Positions 20,333 to 28,523 of a stretch of 48,872 nt of DNA are shown one piece after another. Location of the stretch: positions 1 through 48,872 of IMG/VR virus record IMGVR_UViG_3300025282_000055. The stretch is one strand, 5' to 3'. Origin of the DNA: a virus (lineage: Duplodnaviria > Caudoviricetes). Position 1 is the stretch's first letter. Each line of letters opens with the position of its first letter. The notes under the pieces are model-generated. The model was not told the DNA's origin and made no database searches. It was given only the letters and a program-made list of their open reading frames with translations. The translations under genes were made by a program, and so were the position numbers.

Positions 20333-22102
20333 TTATTCTTCATACGGAACCATCCTTACATTATCTATTCCTAGTTTTATGTTTAAAGTTTCACGTTCTC
20401 TATTCTTATCGCTTACAAGCTGCAACATTTTAATTTCACCTTGATCATTTTTGAAAGGTTTTAATGATAATATCTTATTTGCATTATAAGCAACTCTGAA
20501 AGAACCTCTGGAAGATGCTATATTCATACCTTCTACCATAGCTTGTTTACTGATCTCACTAACTGTAAATACTATTACTTGATGTTTTACTGCTAATTCC
20601 ATCAAAGCCTGTGAAGCTTCCTCAACTTTCATGTTATGATCACGCTGTTTGCTCCTAAATAGGCCCATATGGTCAACAACTACTATTTCTGGCTTAACAG
20701 GTAGGGTAGTTATTCTTTTTTCTAATTCATGCGTATATAGCGATGCAAAGTCTACAGTTAACCAATCAAAACTTTGGCTTAAACCATTATTATATTCTTT
20801 ATAATGCGCTATTAATTGTTCTTCTGTCCAACCTTTATCTATCATAGCAAATCTAGACCATATTTGTCTTGGAGACATTTCCATCTCTATAAAATAAGTG
20901 GGACGTTTAAATAGAACCATTAGATTTTGTAATAACATTGTTTTCATAGAAGCTGGAGGAGCCTGTAAGATAACAACTTCACCTGGATAGACAGGGAAAT
21001 TGCAATTATTATAGATTTCACTAAAATTAATTGGATTTAAATTTCTTTTATAAAATTCAATCATTTCTTTTTCCATCATTTCAGCATTCATTGTATTTTG
21101 TGATTTTTTAGATTTAAACAATCTGCAAGTATTTTGACAATGTTTATCCATAACTATATCATGACATCCATATCTATAGCCACTACCATCGTGACCATCA
21201 TAACAATTATCAATAATTGTATCTATTTCTTTTTGTTTAAAAGGTTTGTCTGGATTGTCTACTCTTTTTCTCCAGTCATTCATTAACAATCTAACAGTAT
21301 CTTCTGGATATAACCATCTCATCCAAGCAGCTAATCTTAAAGCTACCAGATGTCTACTTCCAATTACAGAACCATACAACATTCTTTGAATACATGGATA
21401 GTTCATTGGGTCTGGTTGTCTTCCTTTTGATAGGACAGGCTCCTCAGTCAGTGTGTGCGATGTTGGCTGACTTGCTCCTAATACATCAAATACTACATTA
21501 CATTCTATATCATCATTAGAGACTTTTTGAGGTTTAGATGCGTATTGTTCTATTTCTCGAACAAAATCTTTATCATCTTTCTCTAATATATTTAATATGG
21601 GATCTATTTCTACTTTCCATAGATTGGATTTGCTATTTCTGGTATTTACTAGTCTAATAATTCTAGTTTTATCAGTCACAGCTGGATCAGCGTATTCAAA
21701 TATACCTTTAGACGTTAACTCTTTCTTGACTTTAATATGTAAATCATCACATGGCTGCCATCTAAATGCTGATGAGTGGATACCAACATGAAATCCAGTA
21801 CCACTAAAATATATTTTGTATGCTAAATTTGCATCATCTAGTATAATCATTAATCCCAATAATTTGTTTCGTGCATTTATTGGATTAGTTCCATCTACGT
21901 CTAATATAAATTCATCAGGCATATATATAGGCCCATCATACCCAGCTAATTTGCCTTTCTTTTGTACATAATTGATAACATTATTATCATAATCATATAA
22001 AGAAACAAATGTATCCCTATCTAGTCCCATCCATTCTCCAGCTCTTGATGCTTCTTGGAAATGACATCTATTAGACAATCCAAAAGCAAATTCTTTAATC
22101 AT
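20333..22102 (-). CDS. AEP primase-polymerase fused to a Cys-rich domain and a DnaB/RecA-like helicase
   Basis: 'FILDVD' (DxD), 'FSGTGFHV' (motif II); C-terminal 'ILQAPPASMKT', 'FIEMEMS', 'VVVDHMGL', 'SRGS'. Confidence 0.8.
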   Translation of the reverse strand: MIKEFAFGLSNRCHFQEASRAGEWMGLDRDTFVSLYDYDNNVINYVQKKGKLAGYDGPIYMPDEFILDVDGTNPINARNKLLGLMIILDDANLAYKIYFSGTGFHVGIHSSAFRWQPCDDLHIKVKKELTSKGIFEYADPAVTDKTRIIRLVNTRNSKSNLWKVEIDPILNILEKDDKDFVREIEQYASKPQKVSNDDIECNVVFDVLGASQPTSHTLTEEPVLSKGRQPDPMNYPCIQRMLYGSVIGSRHLVALRLAAWMRWLYPEDTVRLLMNDWRKRVDNPDKPFKQKEIDTIIDNCYDGHDGSGYRYGCHDIVMDKHCQNTCRLFKSKKSQNTMNAEMMEKEMIEFYKRNLNPINFSEIYNNCNFPVYPGEVVILQAPPASMKTMLLQNLMVLFKRPTYFIEMEMSPRQIWSRFAMIDKGWTEEQLIAHYKEYNNGLSQSFDWLTVDFASLYTHELEKRITTLPVKPEIVVVDHMGLFRSKQRDHNMKVEEASQALMELAVKHQVIVFTVSEISKQAMVEGMNIASSRGSFRVAYNANKILSLKPFKNDQGEIKMLQLVSDKNRERETLNIKLGIDNVRMVPYEE

Positions 22103-22103
22103 A

Positions 22104-22289
22104 TCATTTTCCTTTCTTGTTTTTATTCTTTAAATCTATCAAAGTGTTAAAAGGCCAAGGTAATTCTTTTTTTAATCTATAAGCTCTTTCATGAAAGCTT
22201 TCTTTTCTATCTGGTTTATTAGATTTTTTAGCATTTTTACCACCATTTGATGATCTTGATTTATCTCCTAGTTTTGCCAATCCTGCCAT
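22104..22289 (-). CDS. Small basic hypothetical protein
   Basis: 61 aa, Lys-rich, RBS AGGAG. Confidence 0.55.
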   Translation of the reverse strand: MAGLAKLGDKSRSSNGGKNAKKSNKPDRKESFHERAYRLKKELPWPFNTLIDLKNKNKKGK

Positions 22290-22297
22290 GATTCCTC

Positions 22298-22492
22298 CTA
22301 TTCTATTTTAGTTCCTTTAAATTTTTCAATAATCAGCTTTAGTAATGGATGTTCTTTTTCTATTATTATTCCATGATTTAACATTGCATTAGCTGATTCT
22401 GATACCCAAACACATTTACGACATCCTGGACATTTCTTATCGTTACAAGTTTCTGCTTGTATTTTAGCCTCTTCTGTTTGACAAAACCACAT
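22298..22492 (-). CDS. Small Cys-rich (putative Zn-binding) protein
   Basis: Likely start ATG 22492 with AAGGAG; 'CNDKKCPGCRKC'. Confidence 0.5.
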   Translation of the reverse strand: MWFCQTEEAKIQAETCNDKKCPGCRKCVWVSESANAMLNHGIIIEKEHPLLKLIIEKFKGTKIE

Positions 22493-22518
22493 ATTCTCTC
22501 CTTTCTTTAATTGATATA

Positions 22519-22582
22519 ACACCTATCAACAGCTTGTCTTACACGGACTCGCCTCTCCTGATTCGGAATTGATGATAGGTGT
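22519..22582. repeat. Intergenic inverted repeat (10-bp arms)
   Basis: ACACCTATCA (22519-28) / TGATAGGTGT (22573-82). Confidence 0.8.
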
Positions 22583-22601
22583 CAGTGATCTTTATGTGAT
22601 A

Positions 22602-23150
22602 TTAGATTGGTAATCCATCACTATCGTCGCTAGTATTCTCAGTATTAGATGTAAATGGAAATGTTGCTTCTCCACTATCTTCTTCGTCTTTAACGACATA
22701 TTTCTTGTAATATTTTTCAGATTGTTGTTTCCAGTAACTAATATCATCATCTGAAAACTCTTCAATCTCATTCTTAAACTCAGTTGGAGCTACAGAAGAT
22801 AATATTCTACTGTATTCTCCATCTTTGTAAAAGTATACATTGATATGTTTACCAATTAAACTAGCAGGACTATCATCTATCTTAACTACACTTTCACCAT
22901 TAGCACCATTAAGCACTTCAGTTATGCCAGCATTTGCAAATCGGAATAATCTGCCTATAGCAAATTCCTCTCCATTTGCGCCCTCTTTAGCATAGATTCT
23001 TAGGTTAAGTGAGTCAGGATAATCCTTGAAATAGCAATCTACGTATTTGGTACCATTATAGTCCCCATATACTGCTTTAATTATCTCCACTTGTTTCCAA
23101 CCTGGAGAAAATTTAGATCCACTATTCTTTTTAATCGTTAGTGTTCGCAT
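22602..23150 (-). CDS. Single-stranded DNA-binding protein-like
   Basis: Beta-rich N-part, acidic tail ending 'DDSDGLPI' (SSB-like tip); directly after the Sak4-like gene, a common pairing. Confidence 0.6.
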   Translation of the reverse strand: MRTLTIKKNSGSKFSPGWKQVEIIKAVYGDYNGTKYVDCYFKDYPDSLNLRIYAKEGANGEEFAIGRLFRFANAGITEVLNGANGESVVKIDDSPASLIGKHINVYFYKDGEYSRILSSVAPTEFKNEIEEFSDDDISYWKQQSEKYYKKYVVKDEEDSGEATFPFTSNTENTSDDSDGLPI

Positions 23151-23895
23151 TCGACACCTCCTTATTTAGAGTTTGTAGACTATATGTTTTACCACTACCA
23201 GGAGATCCGATGATAAGTATTTTAGCACCTTCAAATCCTTTATTGTTAGCAGCATCAATTACCAATTGATAGTCTTGAGGTATTTGAGCATCTAGAAGTC
23301 CTGTTCGATCTTTAGCATCGTTGTACATTTCACTTCTTTCAGTTACCCAAATATATTCCCTCTTTCCACTAGGATTGATAATAGTTTTTGAGTAGAACAC
23401 AAAATCAAACCATTTAGATAAGTCTTCTTTACTAGATCCATCTATATATGGTTGTATTTTAGTTGTTCCATCGTCCATTGTGCTCATTTTTGAATGAGAG
23501 GTACAGATAACTATACCTGGTATCCTAGTTATAAACTCTAAGGCTGTATCGATTTTGTTTTTCAGCCTCCCCCAATCTTGAAGCTTCATGACACCATTTT
23601 TATCACATAAACTTCTTTGGTATTTTTTACAGAGTTCTGATACTGTGTCAACTACTAATGCGTCAACTATAGTACCATTTTTTAAGGTGACTTGTTGATC
23701 TTCATGAGATACTTCTAAGTCTCCTATTTTTTGCGTGACTACTACTTTGTCTTGTTTGTATATACCACCTATAATCTTGAGAAATTGATCCCAAGTATAA
23801 GGATGTAATACAGGATAGCCAAACATTGTCTTTATTGCATCTTTAGAACCTAAAGTTTTACTTCCATGCTCTAAATCAAAATATAAAGTTTTCAT
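23131..23895 (-). CDS. Sak4/AAA_24-like recombination ATPase, circularly permuted
   Basis: 'LYFDLEHG', 'LVVDTVSEL', 'LQDWG', 'CTSH', 'FDFVFY', 'AKDRTG', with Walker A 'GSPGSGKT' at the C-terminus; RBS AGGAGG. Confidence 0.75.
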   Translation of the reverse strand: MKTLYFDLEHGSKTLGSKDAIKTMFGYPVLHPYTWDQFLKIIGGIYKQDKVVVTQKIGDLEVSHEDQQVTLKNGTIVDALVVDTVSELCKKYQRSLCDKNGVMKLQDWGRLKNKIDTALEFITRIPGIVICTSHSKMSTMDDGTTKIQPYIDGSSKEDLSKWFDFVFYSKTIINPSGKREYIWVTERSEMYNDAKDRTGLLDAQIPQDYQLVIDAANNKGFEGAKILIIGSPGSGKTYSLQTLNKEVSNANTND

Positions 23896-23924
23896 ACTTC
23901 CCTCCTACGTTATTGTTTGAATAT

Positions 23925-24232
23925 AATGCCCTGTGACTTGTAGCCATATTCGTTGATCCTCTCGGACTATTTCATATAGCGTTCGTATAACTATATCCCG
24001 CTTTTAACGGCTAGATGTTAACTTGTTAATTCTCGTATGAATACACATAGATCCCTTAATTGTTAATATATTGTGCACTTAAAATTTTCATAAACAAATC
24101 ATAGCTTTCTAGATAGGAAAACTCAAGGTTTAAAAAAAATTAGTTAATATATATATTAATATCTTAGTCACTATCAAAAATCAATGTTTACATCCATATA
24201 GATTCACATATTACCCCGTCGTACAGGGCATT
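23925..24232 (-). ncRNA. Putative structured RNA / long 5' leader
   Basis: No long ORF; closed by a 10-bp IR AATGCCCTGT/ACAGGGCATT; internal stems UAGCCGU/AUGGCUA, AUAUAGU/GCUAUAU, UCC-GAGA-GGA; promoter immediately upstream. Confidence 0.5.
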
Positions 24233-24252
24233 TTTATTGAATATTGGATTAG

Positions 24253-24281
24253 AATTTACGTAACTTATTTAAATTCACCAA
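24253..24281 (-). promoter_or_regulatory. Sigma70-like promoter TTGGTG-N17-TAAATT
   Basis: Minus strand, about 20 nt upstream of the structured region and the replication operon. Confidence 0.4.
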
Positions 24282-24429
24282 GCTTTTTTTATATAAATTT
24301 TTGGCATACAATTGCATCGGTTCTCTATCAGATTAAGCTAAACTCTTGCTTTGGGTATGCCAGCCAAATTTAGGAGGAGAGGGGCTTAACCATGTCCAAG
24401 AAAAACCCCTCACTCTATATGACATGTCA

Positions 24430-25107
24430 TTAAACTATCATTTTACTTTTATCCAAATTCATGGTTGGAAAATGAAAGTTCAATTTTTTATGATATGGTT
24501 GATTAGTAATCAATTTTCTTATAGTGTTAACTATAAAACTTCCACTCATATTAGAACAATAACTGGTAGCTTTAGCATTGCAAGGCTCTGTAGAACCTTC
24601 TTCATCACTATACCAAGTGCCTTTATATTCTCTAACTGTTGGGTTCTTTATTGTATATTGTTGATAATGTTCAGCTCCCATTCTACCATCTATTATAAAT
24701 AGAGGTTTAAAGCTTGCATCATTACATACTATTCTTACAGCTTCTAACCTTGCAGACATTGAATCAAATCCTAATATAACTATATCTTTCTTTTGAAGAT
24801 CAGGACTCCATAAATCATAGCTAAACTCCCCATAACATGTTGTTATATTTGTAGATAAATTAATAGATTTTAATTGCTCGGCTAATGCATATACTTTATC
24901 TTTACCTATATCTTCTTCAAGATATTGAGATACTCCTATATTTTCTACATCTACTTTATCCATATCATATAATACAAACTTTTCAGCTCCACTTCTAGCT
25001 AATTGAGTGGCTACGGAGCTCCCAATGGCTCCGCAACCAAGTATATGAAATGTATATTTATGCATACTATCTACTATATCTTTAAATCTAGTTATTATCA
25101 TTGCCAA
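24430..25107 (-). CDS. E1-like (ThiF/MoeB family) Ubl-activating enzyme
   Basis: 'ILGCGAIGS', 'YDMDKVDVEN', 'DIGKDKV', 'GFDSMSAR', 'IIDGRMG', candidate catalytic Cys in 'EPCNA'; no CxxC Zn pairs. Confidence 0.9.
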   Translation of the reverse strand: MAMIITRFKDIVDSMHKYTFHILGCGAIGSSVATQLARSGAEKFVLYDMDKVDVENIGVSQYLEEDIGKDKVYALAEQLKSINLSTNITTCYGEFSYDLWSPDLQKKDIVILGFDSMSARLEAVRIVCNDASFKPLFIIDGRMGAEHYQQYTIKNPTVREYKGTWYSDEEGSTEPCNAKATSYCSNMSGSFIVNTIRKLITNQPYHKKLNFHFPTMNLDKSKMIV

Positions 25108-26021
25108 TTCCCTTCTATAGTATTAATAGCTTCCATATCATCCATTTCATCATCATCTTTTGTTAAATCATACTCAACATAATCACTAGCAGTATTAATT
25201 AATATCCTATCAATAGTAGCCTTAGCCTCTTTAGTAACGGAAATAGGATTATCTTCTCCTAATTGCTCATTAATTTCATCAATTTCAGCCACATAATCAT
25301 GATATACTAATGTACCATTAATTAATTTATTCATTAATTTATCAACTAAATCAAGTATTACACCATATGTCGCAGTGGGATCTAAATTATAAGTATTAGT
25401 ATTAAATAAATTACTTTGATATCCTCGTCTATAATATGAATATCCTGTATTAGGATTTTTAAGCATCAAATTATTTGCATACTTAGAATTAGTTGGTATT
25501 GGGCTGGAACATTTTTCTTCAACTTCTTTCATAATAGATTTAGGAATTTTCTTTTCTCTCTTATGAATAATCTCAAGTTTTATATCTTTTGCATATACAA
25601 CTGGCTTCCAATATGAAACTCTAAATATATGTCCATATGGATCTTCATTCCAGCTGACTACTAAAGAATAACTTATATTACTATCAGAAGCTTCTTCCAT
25701 AGTATCTGTATCAGTTTTACTCCAAAATGCTCCCATTGTATGATGACTATGCCACCAACAGAACGTATAATCATATTTATTATATTTCTGATCAACCTTA
25801 GTATAATATACAGCTAATTCATCTTTATCTAAATCACAATTTCCACCACTAATTGTTTGTTTTAAAATTACTGGATCTATTAATTCATAATTCCCATCAT
25901 TATCTTTTAATATTACACACATTCCACCAATTTCTGACTTAAATTCATTTTTAGCACAATGTGCATAGTTTAGTATTTTGTCAAATGTTTTCTCTTTAAT
26001 AGAGAATATTGCATCGTCCAT
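25098..26021 (-). CDS. JAB/MPN+ metallopeptidase (Ubl-processing/deconjugating)
   Basis: 'SEIGG' plus canonical HxH-x7-S-x2-D ('WHSHHTMGAFWSKTD'). Confidence 0.9.
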   Translation of the reverse strand: MDDAIFSIKEKTFDKILNYAHCAKNEFKSEIGGMCVILKDNDGNYELIDPVILKQTISGGNCDLDKDELAVYYTKVDQKYNKYDYTFCWWHSHHTMGAFWSKTDTDTMEEASDSNISYSLVVSWNEDPYGHIFRVSYWKPVVYAKDIKLEIIHKREKKIPKSIMKEVEEKCSSPIPTNSKYANNLMLKNPNTGYSYYRRGYQSNLFNTNTYNLDPTATYGVILDLVDKLMNKLINGTLVYHDYVAEIDEINEQLGEDNPISVTKEAKATIDRILINTASDYVEYDLTKDDDEMDDMEAINTIEGNWQ

Positions 26022-26023
26022 AT

Positions 26024-27871
26024 TTATTCCTCCTCTAAGTTATCTGGTTCTGGATTTTCATCCATGTCTCTTTGATATGCTTCCCATTCTTCATCATGCA
26101 TTTCATCATCAGGATCTGAAAGTATTTCAAAATCAGCGGACTCTTCACTATTTAATGAATAAAAAGTTGATTCTACATGATCTTGTTCGCGATCACCTTG
26201 TGGTTGATTAGCGTTAGGATTAGGGGATATAGTTGGAATCATACCCATTCTATTTTGAAGTGTTTTAATCATAGATTTATCATTATTTTCTTTAACAACA
26301 TCTTTTTTGTCTTTATTATTATATACTGCCTCTTCAAGACTGAATATTAAATCTTCTAGTGCACGCCCTGACCATAAATCTTTACTTGTTTTGTGTAAAT
26401 ATGATAGTTCGTCTGCAAAAATCTTATCAGGATACAATATAGATTCTAATTTTATTATTTGCTTTATTTGCTTTGTTCTATCCCATGTAGATTCAGCTTT
26501 AATAATTGAATGTAAATTATCAACAGATTCATTAGAATATGCTTCATGAACAAGTTCTAATGGAGCAAATAGTATAACAGATAACTCAACCATCAATTGT
26601 TCTTGTTGATAAGTATAATCAGGATTACCATGTATACTGTAAGTTATACAATTATCTCTCAATTGACACTCAACAGAATTACAATAATCAATACGAAATT
26701 GTATATCATTCATACGAAGAAGCTTAACAAGTTCATCTTCACTACGTTTGGCTGATTCTGCATACTCAACAATAGATAAAGAATTATTACAAGTACGTGA
26801 ATTTTGAATATGTCCCATAATACCATCTAATTCCTTGTTATCTTTTAACCATTTAGGCCATCCATGAAACCATCGACTAAAAGGATTTAATGGATGAGTA
26901 CGAGTAACTATAAAATTAGACAACCATTCTTTTAATTTAGTATTTAATTCATTTAAATTAAAATTTATACATTTTAAAGCAATATCACTTCCCATATCTC
27001 CTACACATACATTGCGCCACCCTTGATTTGCAGTTTCCGAACAATATGCTGGATAATAAAAATTATTAAGATCAATTCTATCATTAAGCCTCGCAAATCG
27101 ACTTCCTATAAAAGGATGATGTATTCCTACACCATTATTATACAAAGCTTTCATTATAAAGGCTCTTCCTTCACCAGTAAAATAAGATGGCAAAGTTTCA
27201 ATGTCAAATAACATATTCTTTTTTGATGACAATACATTTAATGCTTTAACTAAATCCATTTGGATATTTAATGTTATTCTTCCTGTAGGAACTTCTCCTA
27301 AATATCTTTTAGTTGAAGACCACATATGAACATCTATATTGTTATATTCAATTATAAATCTTATTCTATAACCTTTATGTGCAATATTGTTATCTTCATC
27401 TACTTGTTCTAATATATCATAACTAATTTGAACATCATCATTAATAGATTCATAAGTTTCTTGTATTTGCTCTTTCATTAATGTAAAAATATCAAAAACT
27501 GTATCAGTATTATCTTGCCATATAGAACCTGCAGCTCTTAAACCTTGTAAAGATCCTTCTAATTCTATTACCTTAGATTCCAAATCTCTTTTCCAATAAC
27601 GATTATTTTCTTTGATTCTTCTAAACAAATGACGCATACCAGAATTACTCATATTAAATCCATTATAATGATGTATTCTCTCTTTTATTTGATCATAAAT
27701 ACCAGGAGACCATCTAAATGTTTTAGTCACTCCTAGACTTAAATTATGATTACCATTAATATTATTTAATTGTGATAATATAGTAGCTTGTGGACCCATA
27801 ATAACATTTTCTGCTATTGTTTTTAATTTTCTATTTGTTAACCCATCAAGAGTTAATACATTTACAGACAT
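26024..27871 (-). CDS. Multidomain protein with an E2 (UBC-fold)-like domain
   Basis: 'HHPFI...NVCVGD...HPLNP' parallels E2 'HPNI...ICL...PLN'; C289 is the candidate active site; located between Ubl and JAB; RBS AGGAGG. Confidence 0.65.
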   Translation of the reverse strand: MSVNVLTLDGLTNRKLKTIAENVIMGPQATILSQLNNINGNHNLSLGVTKTFRWSPGIYDQIKERIHHYNGFNMSNSGMRHLFRRIKENNRYWKRDLESKVIELEGSLQGLRAAGSIWQDNTDTVFDIFTLMKEQIQETYESINDDVQISYDILEQVDEDNNIAHKGYRIRFIIEYNNIDVHMWSSTKRYLGEVPTGRITLNIQMDLVKALNVLSSKKNMLFDIETLPSYFTGEGRAFIMKALYNNGVGIHHPFIGSRFARLNDRIDLNNFYYPAYCSETANQGWRNVCVGDMGSDIALKCINFNLNELNTKLKEWLSNFIVTRTHPLNPFSRWFHGWPKWLKDNKELDGIMGHIQNSRTCNNSLSIVEYAESAKRSEDELVKLLRMNDIQFRIDYCNSVECQLRDNCITYSIHGNPDYTYQQEQLMVELSVILFAPLELVHEAYSNESVDNLHSIIKAESTWDRTKQIKQIIKLESILYPDKIFADELSYLHKTSKDLWSGRALEDLIFSLEEAVYNNKDKKDVVKENNDKSMIKTLQNRMGMIPTISPNPNANQPQGDREQDHVESTFYSLNSEESADFEILSDPDDEMHDEEWEAYQRDMDENPEPDNLEEE

Positions 27872-27894
27872 ATAGTCCTCCTTTCTTTAAATTT

Positions 27895-27946
27895 ATAGAG
27901 AGCCTCACATAACACCAATTGCTGGCTACAGTTATTGGCTCTCTAT
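27895..27946. repeat. Intergenic inverted repeat between Ubl and E2 genes
   Basis: ATAGAGAGCC (27895-904) / GGCTCTCTAT (27937-46). Confidence 0.8.
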
Positions 27947-27965
27947 GTCTCTCCTCGATACCAAA

Positions 27966-28217
27966 CTATTTGATTGTTATAAGCAAATCAACACTACCGC
28001 CAGTTTTATTACTACGAACAGCAGCTACAGCCATTGCTGGATCAGTTGCTTCTAATTCAAAGGTATCAGGTTGGTTAACAGTATCAACAGATATAGTTAC
28101 ATCAGCTCCAAGACCTTTTTCTTCTCTATATTCACCAACTGTTGATGCATGAGTTCTTGTCTCTTCAAATGATGAGCCATTAAACTCTCTAATTGTTATT
28201 GCTTCGTCTCTAGGCAT
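27966..28217 (-). CDS. Ubiquitin-like (beta-grasp) protein precursor
   Basis: 83 aa; 'ASTVGEY...VTISVD...FELE...NKTGG' followed by a 9-aa tail SVDLLITIK; heads the E2-JAB-E1 genes. Confidence 0.8.
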   Translation of the reverse strand: MPRDEAITIREFNGSSFEETRTHASTVGEYREEKGLGADVTISVDTVNQPDTFELEATDPAMAVAAVRSNKTGGSVDLLITIK

Positions 28218-28241
28218 ATCATACCCCTTTCTTTATTGTTA

Positions 28242-28409
28242 TTATTTACTACTATCTCCGTATTTTTTAATATACTTTAATTCTTTTGATGAAAATTTGG
28301 CTCCCCACTTTAATGCTAACTTAGCTAAATCTTTTACAGATGGTTGATCATCTGGAACATAAAATGGATCATCATATTTATCATATGTTTCCTCTTCTTC
28401 TTTACACAT
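28242..28409 (-). CDS. Small hypothetical protein (55 aa; not in ORF track)
   Basis: MCKEEEETYDKYDDPFYVPDDQPSVKDLAKLALKWGAKF...; RBS AAGGA. Confidence 0.55.
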   Translation of the reverse strand: MCKEEEETYDKYDDPFYVPDDQPSVKDLAKLALKWGAKFSSKELKYIKKYGDSSK

Positions 28410-28434
28410 ATTTGTTTCCTTTCATTTTAAGGGA

Positions 28435-28511
28435 TCAGAAACTACACTTCGGGATCTCACCGAACACCACTACACCACCACTCGTGTCATAGCACGCACC
28501 CTCGTTTCTGA
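28435..28511. repeat. Intergenic inverted repeat enclosing two hairpins
   Basis: TCAGAAAC/GTTTCTGA arms; inner TTCGG/CCGAA and CGTG/CACG. Confidence 0.65.
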
Positions 28512-28523
28512 CTGTTTTATTCC

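Noticed and set aside
23925-24232. Canonical group I intron, tmRNA or hammerhead ribozyme
   Set aside because: Only GACUA/UAGUC and a GAAA match; no recognisable P4-P6 core, no interrupted gene, no tRNA-like ends, no CUGANGA.
24346-24702. 118-aa + strand ORF
   Set aside because: Antisense to the E1 gene, TTG start, no RBS; shadow ORF.
24430-25107. ThiF protein as a thiamine/molybdopterin auxiliary metabolic gene
   Set aside because: No ThiG/MoaE/rhodanese partners or Zn motifs; context with E2-like and JAB genes points to conjugation.
28435-28511. tRNA gene
   Set aside because: No anticodon arm, proper T-loop or CCA in the right geometry.
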